Source: Octopus sinensis (taxonomy: Eukaryota). From it: a DNA stretch of 64,000 bases. Both the position numbers and the translations under genes were made by a program. The notes below the pieces were generated by a model. That model worked only from the letters and a program-made list of their open reading frames with translations, had not been told where the DNA came from and did not search any database. Of this stretch, positions 1-12,817 are shown in pieces; position 1 is the first letter of the stretch; every line of letters begins with the position of its first letter. The stretch is taken from assembly GCF_006345805.1 (NCBI RefSeq), contig NC_043006.1, positions 54,312,001 to 54,376,000 on the forward strand, given 5' to 3'.

Positions 1-121
1 AGACTCATAGAATGAGTACCATGCTTACAGAGAATAAGTCCAAGGGTTGATTTCTTTTACTAAAAGGCAGTGCTCCAGCATGGCCACAGCCAAATGACTA
101 AAACAAGTAAAACAATAAAAG
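1..121 (+). mobile_element. 3' tail of bipartite tRNA-derived SINE (family A)
   Basis: GTGCTCCAGCATGGCCACAGCCAAATGACTAAAACAAGTAAAA tail recurs in many copies in the window. Confidence 0.7.
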
Positions 122-193
122 AATGTGTGTGTGTGTGTGCACTCACTTATAAACATATATATTTGACATAATATGCTAGTTGTAGATTCTATA

Positions 194-599
194 TACTCAT
201 TACTCTTACTCTTTTACTTGTTTCAGTCATTTGACGCCCATGCTGGAGCACCGCCTTTAGTTGAGCAAATCGACCCCAGGACTTATTCTTTGGAAGCCTA
301 CTACTTATTCTATCAGTCTCTTTTGCCAAACTGCTAAGTTACGGGGATGTAAACACACCAGCATCAGTTGTGTAGTGATGTTGGAGGGACAAACACAAAC
401 ATATACACACACATACATACATACATATATACATATATGTGTGTGTGTGTATACATATATAGGACGGGCTTCTTTCAGTTTCTGTCGACCAAATCCACTC
501 ACAAGGCCCAAGGAAGACACTTGCCTAAGGTGCCATGCAGTGGGAATGAACCAGGAACCATGTGGTTGGTATGCAAGCTACTTACCACACAGCCACCTC
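194..599 (-). mobile_element. Full-length bipartite SINE family A (tRNA-like head, CORE-like CTTGGGCAAGT segment, internal (TA/TG)n)
   Basis: Same layout as copies at 7880, 11540, 19068 and 29583. Minus strand starts GTGGCTGTGTGGTAAG (A-box-like) and has GGTTCATTCCC (B-box-like). Confidence 0.8.
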
Positions 600-1037
600 A
601 ACATTTTTTTATTGAATGCTCTTTTGTGAAATATAACTTGGATGCAAACTCCATAGGAATTTGTGTTACACTCCAGGAATATACACAGAGGCATAAACAG
701 AAAAATGTTTTGATAGAAAGTATGCAAAGAGAAATGTGTGTGTGTGTTCTTTTGTCTTTGTGTGGGAGTAGAAGTATTAGGTGGGGCAGGAGTCCCATTT
801 AGGAATATTAAGGACTTCAAGGTACATTAGGCACAAGTATCAAAAGAAAGCAAATTCCAATAGTTTTACAGTCTCTTTTCTTCTTAAGGTTCATTGTCAG
901 TTGATGACCTTCTGACCTTTACACCTCTGTGGTAGGCCATAGTTCAATATTAAATAGCATTTTCCCCCTATTGGTGCTACTGTTGTACCCACCAGTTCCA
1001 CCACCACAACAGCTTCCACTGCTGCTGGGATACTGTG

Positions 1038-1067
1038 GCTGCTACTTCTGCTGCTGCTGCTGCTTCG

Positions 1068-1100
<33 letters not shown>

Positions 1101-1133
1101 GCTACTGCTACTGCTGCTGCTGCTGCTACTGCT
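1038..1133. repeat. Compound (CTG)n/(CTA)n microsatellite
   Basis: Seen directly; source of the poly-S and poly-Y/C ORFs. Confidence 0.95.
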
Positions 1134-2175
1134 CAACTGGTTAGCCACATTCCATTATGTTGGAAATGGTGAAAGAACTTTGAAGTAGGATCTAATTTGT
1201 TGTTGTTCAGCCCCTGGTCATGTTTGATTGAGATCTATAAGCAATGATATTCATTCTAGTTATGGCCATCCTGTCCTTGTAAAGGGTATGTAGAAAAACA
1301 ATGAAAGACAGTATCAACACCATCACCATTATTATCACTTAGCTCCCCAGCCTTCAGACATGGCATCTCCCTCCTTATCTTCCTCTTTCAGTTTCTGTCA
1401 GCCAAATCCTCTCATAAAGCATTGGATGGCTCCTGCTATCCTAGAAGACCCTTGCCAAAGCTGCCATGCAGTGAGACTGAACCCAAAACCATGTGGTTGG
1501 GATGAAAACTTCTAAACCACACATCCATAATCATGCCTTTTATCTTTTACTTGTTTCTGTTATTAGACTGTGGCCATGCTGGGGCACCACCTTGAAGAAT
1601 TTTAGTTGTACAAATCAACCCCAGTGCTTATCTTTTTAAGCCTGGTACTTATTCTATCAGTCACTTTTGATGAATCGCTAAGTTACTGGGGTGTAAACAC
1701 ACCAACAGTAGTTGTCAAATAGTGGTAGTTTGACAGGAGCTGGCTGGCCAGGAAGCTGTCAAGACTCCAATTGTCTATTGTGGATTGGTTTCTATAGATG
1801 GATGCTCTTCCTAATGCCAACAACTTCAGAGAATGTGCTGAGTGCTTGTACTGTCACCGGCATGGGTGCACTTGTACAGCTGTGGCATGAGTGCATTTTG
1901 TGTGGCACCAGCACCTGTAAAGGACTAGCTTGTATGTAAGGATGGTAGTATATTCTGAAAATCCACCCCACACATGATAAAAGATTTCTAACACATTTGG
2001 GTGAGGATATAGTTGAGTGAATTGACCTTAAAACTAGCTTAGTACCTATTCTATTAATCTGGGATGAAGGAAAAGCAAAATTGATTCTAGCAAGATTTGA
2101 ACTCAAAACACAATCCATAACTAAATGCTACAAGGTATTTTGCCCAATGCTTTACCAATTCTGTCAATCTCTCAT

Positions 2176-3045
2176 AATAATAATAATAATAATATAAATA
2201 AAAATAGTAATAATAATAATAATCCTTTCTATTGAAGGCACAAGGCCTGAAATTTTGGGGTGAGAAGACCAGTTGATTACATCAACTCCATTGTTTCGCT
2301 GGTTCTTAATTTATCGACCCCCAAAAGGATGAAAGGCAAAGTTGACCGCAGTAGAATTTAAACTCAGAATGTTGTGAGAGGTGAAATGCCACTAAGTATT
2401 TTTCCCGGCATGCTTACAATTCTGCCAGCTCACTGCCTTTAATAATAATAATAAGTGTTAAAATATTGTTCATTTGAAACAGTTAAACTCTTCTTATTGT
2501 TCCTTTACTTTCTGAAGGAATAACATCAATCCTTAAATATTACCAAAATGAAGTAGAATGAGATGGTTATTTCGAACTTGTGGAAGACACATGAAGTGTC
2601 AAAATATTGTTCATTTGATAATAGTCGCACTCTTTTTATTGCTTTTTTAATAGTAATAATAATAATAATCCTTTCTACTATAGGCACAAGGGCTGGAATT
2701 TGTGGGGAGTAGGATAGTCGATTACATCGACCCCAGTACTTGACTGGTTCTTAATTTACCAACCCCAAAAGGATGAAAGGTAAAGTTGACCTGGGTAGAA
2801 TTTGAACTCAGAATATAGCGGCAGACAAAATATGACGAAGTATTTTGCCCGGCATGCTAATGATTCTGCTGCTAAGCATTTTGCCCAGTGCACTAACAAT
2901 TTTGCCAGCTTGCTGCCTTAATAATAATAATAATAATAATAATCTTTTCTACTACAGGCACAAAGCCCGAAACTTTGAGAGATGGGGCCAGTTGATTACA
3001 TTACCCTAGTGTTCAATTGATTATTTTATTGAGCCCAAAAGGATG
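2176..3045 (-). mobile_element. Cluster of 3 tRNA-derived SINEs (family B, MetaSINE-like) separated by (AAT)n
   Basis: Reverse complement contains GCCTTTCATCCTTTT/CGGGGTCGATAAATTAAG, resembling the Meta domain; tail TAGTAGAAAGGATTATT. Confidence 0.75.
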
Positions 3046-3328
3046 AAAAACAATAACAATAACAACAATTATATATTATGGGTGTCACATAATGAATAAG
3101 GTGTTATAGTGCTGAAATGAGACATCATTGTTCCATGCAGAAAAATCAGTTCTAAAAACTAAAAACTAGGACCTGACCCATATTTTTTCAGTTTATTCTT
3201 TGATTCTGGTAGTTCTGGTTTCCTCCTGAAATTATTAAAAACTTGCTCTATCCTCTTTTGATAAAAGAATAAAAGAAATACAAATATATATTGAAAGACT
3301 AAAGAATAACATTATTAATCTCAACCTT

Positions 3329-3355
3329 TATATATATATATATATAGTTTTTGTG

Positions 3356-3390
<35 letters not shown>

Positions 3391-3725
3391 ATGTTTGTGT
3401 GTAGTGTCATGTGAAATATGGAATGTATACACACCTACACATTATGAAATGTCAAATTTCTCTTTTTAGGCGTGGGGATGTGTGTATACACACACACACA
3501 CATCTATATACAAATATATATACATATGTCTATATTATACACATACACACATTTATATTCAAATATATATACATCTATATTATACACACGCACACACACA
3601 TCTATATATATATATACATGTGTGTGCGTGTGTATATAGACAATACATGCAGATGTGTATTTGTATGTGAGTACACACACACACACACACACGCATGCAC
3701 ACAAACACACATACACACGATACAC
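3329..3725. repeat. (TA)n/(TG)n/(CA)n low-complexity tract
   Basis: Seen directly. Confidence 0.9.
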
Positions 3726-4203
3726 CTGACATTATCAAATAAGTAGGCACATAGATTCAGAAACACAAAAGCACACAAATACATGAAGAAATGCAAATGT
3801 GTTCACCTTTTATAAGGAGCATAAAATATTCTCTTACTACAATATCATTGTTGTGCTCATGATCATTATCAACAACATGATTATTGCTATGATATTTATT
3901 ACCATTAAAAGTGTCAGATGGCAAAATCTGAAGATTACAGGATCAATGTTTCTATATTTAGTTATGTCCCTTTATATTTTCGGTTTAAATCTTGCTGTTT
4001 GACTTGGCCTTTCATTCTTTCACAGCTGATAGTAAAAGCAATTGCTTACTGCTGACGTTGATTTAATAGATGTTTTCCCATTTGATTATTCACATGTTAA
4101 AGTGATGGCTTGTTGCCAACTTAGTGTGGCAGTCCCAGGAAAGGGAAGAGTGTTACTATTATTTAGCCCCAAGACACCCTGTTTTTAGTTGGTTACACAA
4201 CAC

Positions 4204-4791
4204 AAGCACCATCCAAGTGTGGTCGATGCCATTACTGCCTGACTGGCCCCCATGCCAGTGGCATGTAAAAAGCACCCACTACACTCTCAGAGTGGTTGGT
4301 GTTAGGGAGAGCATCCAGTTGTAGAGACCATGCCAGATCAGATCGGAGCCCGGTGCAGCCTCCTGGCTTGCCAGTCCTCAGTCAAACTGTCCAACCCATG
4401 CCAGCATGGAAAGCAACGTTAAAAGATGATGATGATGATGATTTGTAATAATGATTTCTTCGCAAGACAACATGTGAATATTACATTTCTAAATCTCTCA
4501 GAGAGAGTTATACAGTAACAGTACGATAAAGTGATGGCTTCTTGCCAGTTTAATGTGGCAGTCCCAGGAAAGGGACTCTTTCTAGTTGGCTGGTGCTTAT
4601 CTCCCCAGTTTGACTGAGGACTGGCAAGCCAGGAGGCTGCACCGGGCTCCGATCTGATCTGGCATGGTCTCTACAACTGGATGCTCTCCCTAACACCAAC
4701 CACTCTGAGAGTGTAGTGGGTGCTTTCTACATGCCACTGGCATGGGGGCCAGTCAGGCAGTACTGGCATCGACCACACTTGGATGGTGCTT
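4204..4791. repeat. 186-bp near-perfect inverted repeat (4204-4389 and 4606-4791) made of RTE 3'-UTR sequence
   Basis: Arms are reverse complements with about 2 mismatches by eye; ~216-bp spacer. Confidence 0.9.
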
Positions 4792-4820
4792 TTTACAAGC
4801 CACCAGATGGGCACCAATGA

Positions 4821-4864
<44 letters not shown>

Positions 4865-4885
4865 ATAATAATAATAATAATAATA

Positions 4886-4920
<35 letters not shown>

Positions 4921-4925
4921 GTGTC

Positions 4926-5226
4926 ATGTAAAAACCACTTGTGCTGGTGCCATGTAAAATCACTTGTGCTGGTGTCACATAAAAGGAACCATGTAAAAGC
5001 ACTTGTGCTGGTGCCACTTAAAGGCAACCATGTAAAAGCACTTGTGCTGGTGCCACATAAAAGCAACCATGTAAAAGCACTTGTGCTGGTGCCACATAAA
5101 AGGAACCATGTAAAAGCACTTGTGCTGGTGCCACTTAAAGGCAACCATGTAAAAGCACTTGTGCTGGTGCCACATAAAAGCAACCATGTAAAAGCACTGC
5201 TGGTGCTAAATAAAAGTGACCATGTA
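4926..5226 (+). repeat. 39-bp minisatellite with 117-bp higher-order period
   Basis: Unit AACCATGTAAAAGCACTTGTGCTGGTGCCAC(A/T)TAAA(A/G)G(C/G); ORF variants cycle KRN, KGN, KSN twice. Confidence 0.9.
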
Positions 5227-5339
5227 ACATGAAAAACATCTATGCTTCTCATGTAGACATGGATGAGAAACCACTGGCTAGGCTGAGTTAGAGCACCCTG
5301 CATCTTTACCCACTGTGGCTGCTTGTAGTGCAGCCTCAT

Positions 5340-5900
5340 GTACTCAAAAGTACTTGTTAATTTTTTAGCAACTTGGAATAGATAACCCAGGTCATCAGGT
5401 TACGTCAGTTGTTTCAATTTCTTGTTCTATTTTCCTATTATTTTACCAGCATCCTGTCCTTTGAGCATCTTCTGTATTCTAATCTCAACTGCATTTTAGT
5501 AAACAATACAACCCTACCAAATCTCCTGGCACTATGAATGTGTCATCATCCACTTGATGTCTTCATTAATGATCTGAGAAGGTACTTCGCTGTTTCAAGG
5601 AAGATATCCATCCCTTTTTGTTGTTATTTTTTCTTGGTGTTCACCTTCCCATTTTTTGAAATCATTTTGCTTGCCTCCCAACAATTTGGAAATTTTCATC
5701 TGCAAATGTCATCTTTCTTTTATAGTAAGTTCATGGTGTGGTGTTCCTGGTTGTAACAATTGAGATCCTAGATGTGCCTGTTCACTTGTTTCTTAGAGCT
5801 AGATCCCTTTTTTCACCATTTCCAAAGCTATAGCTGATGATGCTCTGGAAACTGAGGCCTAGTATTCTTCTTGTTGCTTTGGCTGCTCCCTTCCACTTTC
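5340..5900 (-). mobile_element. Highly decayed LINE fragment (RTE-like, between endonuclease and RT)
   Basis: Minus-strand remnants resemble the EI..I.K.K.GKA.G.D.I..E.LK motif; many stops. Confidence 0.3.
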
Positions 5901-7379
5901 ACTTTTTCAGGATAAAATCCCTCAAAGGACTACTGCATGTATAACAACTAAGCCTTTTATTCTGCATCATTATCCTCATGAGATATAATATAGCCTTGTG
6001 GATTTTAGGGGTTATTAGGACATGCAAATCCACCCTAACCCATTTCAAACGCATGTCATCTCTCAACACTCCTGTGCTAACCACCTGCCTATACTATCAG
6101 CTCATCACAAAATGGTTAAGTTGGTAGAGTGGGATTTGAGAAATAATTGGCTGTTATTTCTAGTGAGTCAAGTTTTTGTATAGAGGTTCACTACAGAGCA
6201 AGTTGAGTAACTGTGTAGACATTCTGTTGATGGCTTTCACAAGTGGTGGTGGTGGTAGTGGTAGGAATTGTAACAAAGCACTGACAGTGGTGGTAGTAGT
6301 AGTGGTAGTAGTGTCTAAGTACTTGGTCTGGGTCATTTATATCTATCAATAAAAATCTAAAAGCTTTATTTGTCTTAGTAAATATTCCATAGCCTCCAGG
6401 TACCCCAATCCCACCATCTCTTCTAGAAACTTTAAAAATGTATAACATATATATATGTATGTATGTGTGTGTAAACAGCTACAGTCATATATCATCATCA
6501 TCATCACAATAATAATAATAATAATAATGATAATAATAATGGTCATAATAACAATGACAGCACCAGGTTAATAATGTCCAACACACATCCATTACAACAT
6601 CTATCCAAATCATGTCTGCAAGTTAAGGTCATCGCACACACATACACACACTTGCATTTAAGCACATACATGCAAGTATGCACATGCTTACATACATGCA
6701 CACACACACACACTTGTCTTTGTCTATATGGTAGACAATAAATTTACAACCATTAATAACTTGAAAGCTTAGCAACTTGTTGTTATTTTACTAAAGGACA
6801 CTTAATAATGTAAACTGATGTATTTATGAGCAACAAGCTTATTAGACAGATATAGATATGTAACATAAATAACAGAAGATAAAAATTAAGTGAATTACTA
6901 TATATTCCTCCTCAGACTCCAGTTTTCATTACCTGTCTAGGTTAGAACAGTGCCAGTTTGTTCAGTTACCTTGCATTGAAACCATTAAAAAAGCCCCCAC
7001 CACCACCACTGTCTAGTTGTTCAGAATAACTCCTTAAATTGTCAATAGACTTGAAAGGTGACTTTGATTACCAAGACAGTGACAGCATTCAGCTGTTGCC
7101 ATTTGAAAACTCTTGAAATGATTAGAAGCTTCAAAGTGAGTTAAATTTCCCAATATCTGTTTGGTCATAATGAGGTACTACCAAAGATTTTTGTTTCTGT
7201 GGCAGGGTCTATACCTCTCCAAAGTGATTCTCACTTCCTGTAGAAATCATTTTTCTCCAAGTCAACCTAAAAAAAATCTCAATATCCTTCAGATTATATC
7301 CAATTTATGGATCTGACCTGTTTCTGTCCTGCTGTCCATACTCTTGCCTCTCAACACCTGGCATAAGTCACCTCTCTCT

Positions 7380-7625
7380 CAATCAAGGGTTCTTGTCTTG
7401 CAAGCTGCTTGGTGATCACACTAATGTGATCATGAAAAAGCACCCAGTACACTCTGTAAAGTGGTTGGCATAAGGAAAAGCATCAAGCCATAGAAACCAT
7501 GCCAAAACTGACATTAGAGCTTGGCACAGTTCTCTAACCTATCTGATCCTGTCAAACCTTCCAGTCCTTGCCAGGATGAAATACCGATGCTAAATGATAA
7601 ATGATGAGGGTGATTATGATGATAT
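7380..7625 (+). mobile_element. Solo RTE 3'-tail element ending in (GAT)n
   Basis: AAAAAGCACCCAGTACACTC...GTGGTTGGCATAAGGAAAAGCATC matches the tails at 33610-33787 and 57866-58050. Confidence 0.65.
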
Positions 7626-7879
7626 GATTTAGCAAAATATACTTTAGTTACAGTTTGGAACTAACTTATATCTCTCATGTACCTATTTTGAGGTAGAATG
7701 ACACAATCCTTAAATACTATACATTGTTTTCAGTGTCACCAACCAAATCTTGTCCAAATCTGTATCAGTCTTAGAGTATTGTACCATATGTCACAAAATC
7801 TATTCTGTAAACTCCTGGGAGACATCTAGGGAAGTTCAGTAAGCAAACTGATATCATCTATCTTCACAATTAAACCTTT

Positions 7880-8262
7880 TTTTTTCTTTTATTTGTTTCA
7901 GTCATTTAACTGCTGCTGTACTGGGGTACAAACTTGAAGAATTTTTAGTCAAATGAATTACCCCCAGTACTTATTTTTAAAAAATCTGGTACTTATTCTG
8001 TCGGTCGTTTTTGCCGAACCACTAAGTTACAGGGTTGTGAACACAACACTGATTGTCAGTTAGTGATGGGAGATAAACATAGACTGTAAAACCCACATAC
8101 ACACACAATGGGCTTCTTTCAGTTTCTATCCACCAAATCCACTCACAAGGATTTGATCAATCAGAGGCTACAGTAGAAAACACTTGCCTACAGTGCCAAG
8201 CAGTGGGACTGAATCCAGAACCATGTGGTTGGTAAGCAAGCTTCTTACCACACAACCATGCC
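7880..8262 (-). mobile_element. SINE family A, diverged full-length copy
   Basis: Similar to 29583-29995. Confidence 0.75.
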
Positions 8263-8383
8263 CACAATTTTTCTTATTAACTCCACCAATTTTACCCACG
8301 TACTCTTTTCTAAAAGCTATCCAACTACAGCTATAGACAGTGTCTTGTCTGAAGCACACAAGCATGCAAACACCAAGTGTTGC

Positions 8384-8760
8384 TTTTGTTACCATTTTAT
8401 TCTGTTGAAATACATTGCCTTTGTTTCAATTTATTTTGCAAATGATGAAGGGTTTAGTAAAATGGCTTTGTTATTATTAATTTGGTGTTTAGAACATAAA
8501 TTATCATGAAGTTTTGATGCAAGTGATTCAGATTATTTTGACCCATTTGATACCAATTTGGTTGAAGCAGTCCCTGGTCCAGTGATACAAACTGACTGTT
8601 TTAAAATGATCTAAACTGAAACTTTCCATTATTATTCTATTATAATTTGTGATGTTCTAAACGCCATAAACATGGTTATTTTAATAAATTCTTTATTATT
8701 TTCATAACTAATTAAAATAAAAACTATATTTCAAAAGAAAAATGATGACAAAAGGGTAAA
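8384..8760. mobile_element. Two opposed, decayed copies of an AT-rich MITE-like element
   Basis: CTTTTGTTACCATTTT at the left end vs AAAATGATGACAAAAG at the right; related to 50675-50893 and 54097-54303. Confidence 0.5.
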
Positions 8761-10669
8761 AACAAGAAAATTGCATCATAGAATTGGGGGAAGTTTCTCA
8801 CACAGGTTGGCATCAACTAACTTCTAGTGAAGTTCCAAAAGATCTTAATTCGCCATCCAGAATTCCTTTGCTTTCTGTCTCATTATTAAAACTCTTTGTT
8901 TATCTGGCATGACCTCATTCTATCTGCTAATCTGGAACACACACCCCAAGGTGGGTGGCAGAACTTATATATGCATTACTAATACTGCACTAAAACAATA
9001 AACCAAATAATACTTCTTAAGTACTAAAAATTATATGCACCACAAATGAACCCAACTGAAGTGTAGAATGGGCCTCACCTAATGCAACCAAATCAGAAAG
9101 CATACATTGCTTAATGTTGAACAGATGAGAAAGGAGTGCTCAGTACATGTTGTAGAGGATATTTATTTTTTTAAAAAAAACTGAATTTAAGAGTTTGTCT
9201 TGCAAATGATCTCATGTCACTGTGATTGTATGTGTGTCTTGGAAATAATTAGAAGAATTAAAATGACACCCACTTGACAATTACTAAGGTAAATTGGTTT
9301 TGTTAAAACCCTTCAAAGTAGTGCTCAAACATGGCTATAATCTAATGAATGAAAGAAATAAAAGACAAATTGGGAACATTATTGTTATAACAAAATCCAA
9401 GATGTACAATGTCTGTTCCTTAGAAAAGTTAATGAGTTCATTAGAGGTGTGAGGGCAAAAAATAACTGGGCATATAATTTGATAGCCAATCAATGTAAGA
9501 AGAGCTAACTGAAGAAATGTCATGTTGGCAGTGGAGATTATCTGAAGTGAGGGGAAAAAAAATCGAGAGAGATCTGTGAAGAAGCAGGGTGAGAATAATT
9601 ATTTCTAAGATAGATACAAGACTTCAAATTTGGGGTAAGGGGAAGTAAATACAGTTGAATAAATCAACCCCAGCATATGACTGGTACTTTAGTTTATTGA
9701 CTCTGGAAGGATTAAAGCAAAATTAATTTTGTCAAGATTTATATCTCAAATTACTAAATCCCACAAACCAGATAATGCTGTGTTGCAAACATATGCAACC
9801 CACACTTGTATAAAAGAACAGATGTTAAAACAATGACGATGATAATGATTTCCCCACGTTTTTGGAGGGAGCTTAGTATGTCAAACAATAGTAAAAAACC
9901 TCTTTACTACATACTTGATACTTTTTAGATTTAAGTTAACTTAGCAGATTTCCAACTTAGTAGACTGCCTAGCCCTCTTTCTCCTTGAAAGTTTATTAAA
10001 TTACTGACTAATTTCGACTCAAGTTACCCAAGAAAGAACCTGTCCATTTTAAAATGTATTTTTATGTCAGTGTGTTTGTGTCTGCATGTGTGTGTTGTGC
10101 ATGTGTGCGTGTACACATACATGTGCGTGCGCACAGAATGCAACTAACTTTAATGCTTGTTTACTCTTTTTGTATTCTATTATTCTTTAATCATACCTTT
10201 CTCTTTTTGCTGTCTGCAGCAATTAAATAAATGAACATTGTTGTTGTTGTTATTGCTGCTGTTGCTGTTGTTGCTGCTGCTGCCAAAACCTTTGGCAGTC
10301 TTGACAGTTATGTATTTCTGTGTTGGGTAAGAAAGAAATTTGATCTCTGATATAGTTAAAAATTAATTGTAATTTATAAATAGTAAAAGGTTTTTGTAGA
10401 GTAACTGAGGGAAATTAGAGTTTTGCTTGTTGCAATCTTAAAAATGTCCGTAATGCTCATAAGTGCAGGAGTTAGATAATTCTTTTATAATTTATATTTC
10501 CATTTCATATCTTAGAGAAGCAAAGAGGAAGGAGAGGGGAGAACACAGAGTTAGTGTATTATTTTTAGATCAGTCATATGTAAAGAGAATGTCTAGACAG
10601 TATAATTTTCAATGATAGCAAAAGAAAAAAGGAAGAAAGAAAAGGATTGCATAAGAATTCTTGTCTTGT

Positions 10670-10900
10670 AATAATAATAATTCTTTCTACTTTAGGCAAA
10701 AGGCCTTGATTTTTGTGGGGAGTGGGACAATCAATCACAACAACCCCAATACTTGTCTGGTACTTACTTTATTGTCCTTAAAAAGGGGAAAGACAAAGTT
10801 GACTTTGGTGGAATTTGAACTCAGAGCATAGAGACAGATGAAATGCTGCCAAACATTTTGCCCATTGTACTAATGATCCTGCTAACACTCCACCTTTAAT
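10670..10900 (-). mobile_element. SINE family B
   Basis: GGAATTTGAACTCAGAG and GTACTTACTTTATTG motifs; (AAT)n flanks. Confidence 0.7.
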
Positions 10901-11162
10901 GATGATGATAATAATAATGATAATAATAATAATATTCATCACCATTTAATGTTTACTTTTCCATGTTTGTATGGATCAGGTGGAATTTATTGAGACAGCT
11001 TTTCTACAGCTGGATACTCATCCTATCACCAAATCTCATCTGTTTCCAAGCAAAGTAATATTTCTCTATAGCTAGACATGTTTTTCACTGAAGCTGGAAA
11101 TGAATACTCCTCACTTGTATGATGATGATGCTCATTTGTAACCATCACATTCTGCTTTGGGA

Positions 11163-11228
<66 letters not shown>

Positions 11229-11539
11229 CACGCGTGCAGCTTCTTCAATTTCACTCAACTGAATCCACTCACAGCTTACATGTCTTTGGTTAGCCTGGAG
11301 ATATAGTAAAGACACTTGTCCAAAGTGCCATGCAGTGGGGCTGAACCTCAGGCCACATGGTTGTATATGTTGCTTGCTAAATGATTGCATTGCCAATTAC
11401 ACCACAAAATTCTTGATTCTTCCCTCTTTTCAGATTAAATTCTATAAATAATTTCTGTTATTCTAACCAAACCATTTCATTTTAGCATGGTACCAGAAAA
11501 ACGTGTTAATTCTACCGTTGCTCTTTTTATTTTTTCATT

Positions 11540-11808
11540 CTCTTACTTGACCATGGCCATGCTGGAGCACTGCCTTGAAGACTTTTAGCCAAATGAATCA
11601 ACACCAGTAGTTATATTTTCAAGCCTGGTACTTGTTAAATTGGTCTCTTTTGCTGAACCACTAAGTGATGGGGATGTGAACACACTAATGCTGATTGCCA
11701 AGTGGTGGTGGTGGTGGGGGGTACAAACACAGACAGAAAGACATATACACATACGTACATACACACATATGCACACACAGACACATGTACACACACACAC
11801 AAACACAT

Positions 11809-11843
<35 letters not shown>

Positions 11844-12016
11844 TGCACACACACACACACAAAAGCTTCTTTCACTTTACATCTATCAAATCCACTTACG
11901 AGGCATCTACTATAGCCTGAAGCTATAGTAGAAGAAACTTGCCTAAGGTGCCATGCAGTGGGACTGAACCTGGAACCATGTGGCTGGAAAGCAAACTTAC
12001 TGCCACACAGCCACAC
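11540..12016 (-). mobile_element. SINE family A with expanded (CA)n
   Basis: Similar to the other family A copies. Confidence 0.75.
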
Positions 12017-12240
12017 TTACACCTTGCTTCTTCCTTCTTTTCAAATTAGATTTTATAAATTATTTCTTTTATTCTGTTATGCTAACCAAACCATTTCATG
12101 TCAACAAGGTAATTGGTACCAGAAAAACACATTAATTTTACTGTTGTTCTTTTTGGTACTAATTATGTCTAACTACCCTAAATATATCATTTACATTTGC
12201 TGTTCATTTATACTTATGTGATTGTATACTTCTTATTCAG

Positions 12241-12331
12241 GAACATCCAGAATCTACTGGAAATGATTCAGCAAGAAATGTCACATCTGAAAGGGTTCCA
12301 TTTTCTTTAAAATGTGAGGCAGAAACTGTTG
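12241..12331 (+). CDS. TRIT1: Probable TRIT1 internal exon, 91 nt (EHPESTGNDSARNVTSERVPFSLKCEAETV + G)
   Basis: CTTCTTATTCAG acceptor and G|GTAAGT donor; open in phase 0; the last G joins AT at 17791 to give in-frame Asp. No conserved motif, so support is splice signals and phase only. Confidence 0.65.
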
Positions 12332-12393
12332 GTAAGTCTTCACCGAAATAATGGATTCTTTTGACAAATTACACAAAATGAAATGGTGATCAT

Positions 12394-12817
12394 TTAACCC
12401 TGTAGCATTTAAGCTGGTCAGCTCCAGCCTCTTGCACATGCCCTGCAATTTTTGGTTTGTTCCTTCTCGAACCATGCCTGGCTCAAAAGGGCCAGTTTCC
12501 TTGGTGTATAGGTTCCCCATCTGGATTGGACGCCGGTCCATCGCAGGTGAGCTGCAAGATGCAGGAGGAAAGAGGGAGAGAAAGTTGTGGTGAAAGAGTC
12601 AGCAGAAGTTTGCCATAACCTTCTGCCGAAGCCGCGTGGAGCTTAGGTGTTTCACTCATAAACACGCACATCGCCTGGTCTGAGATTCAAACCCACAATC
12701 CCTCGACTGCAAGTCTGCTGCACTAACCACTAGGCCATGTGCCTCCACATGCCCTGCAATGTCATTGTATAAATGAGCCTTACATTTGACAGAGTAATCT
12801 GAATGCTAAAGGGTCAA
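12394..12817. mobile_element. TTAA-flanked piggyBac-like MITE interrupted by a SINE
   Basis: TTAACCCTGTAGCATT...AATGCTAAAGGGTCAA termini; same family as 55976-56350. Confidence 0.6.
12450..12748 (-). mobile_element. tRNA-derived SINE (family C) with target-site duplication
   Basis: Head GTGGAGGCACATGGCCTAGTGGTTAG...GGTTTGAATCTC matches 26701; CACATGCCCTGCAAT at both 12435-12449 and 12746-12760. Confidence 0.8.

Noticed and set aside
897-1148. Poly-Ser ORF on the minus strand
   Set aside because: Product of a CTG/CTA microsatellite; no splice or homology support
4926-5226. CRISPR-like array
   Set aside because: Units are contiguous with no unique spacers; no cas genes; eukaryotic context
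4671-5339. 222-aa and 170-aa repeat-protein ORFs
   Set aside because: Read-through of a 39-bp minisatellite and trinucleotide tracts
6323-6430. Possible minus-strand exon (SRRDGGIGVPGGYGIF...LLIDINDPDQ) of a nested gene
   Set aside because: Resembles the decayed dispersed repeat at 36900-36990 and 46390-46500; weak donor; no partner exons
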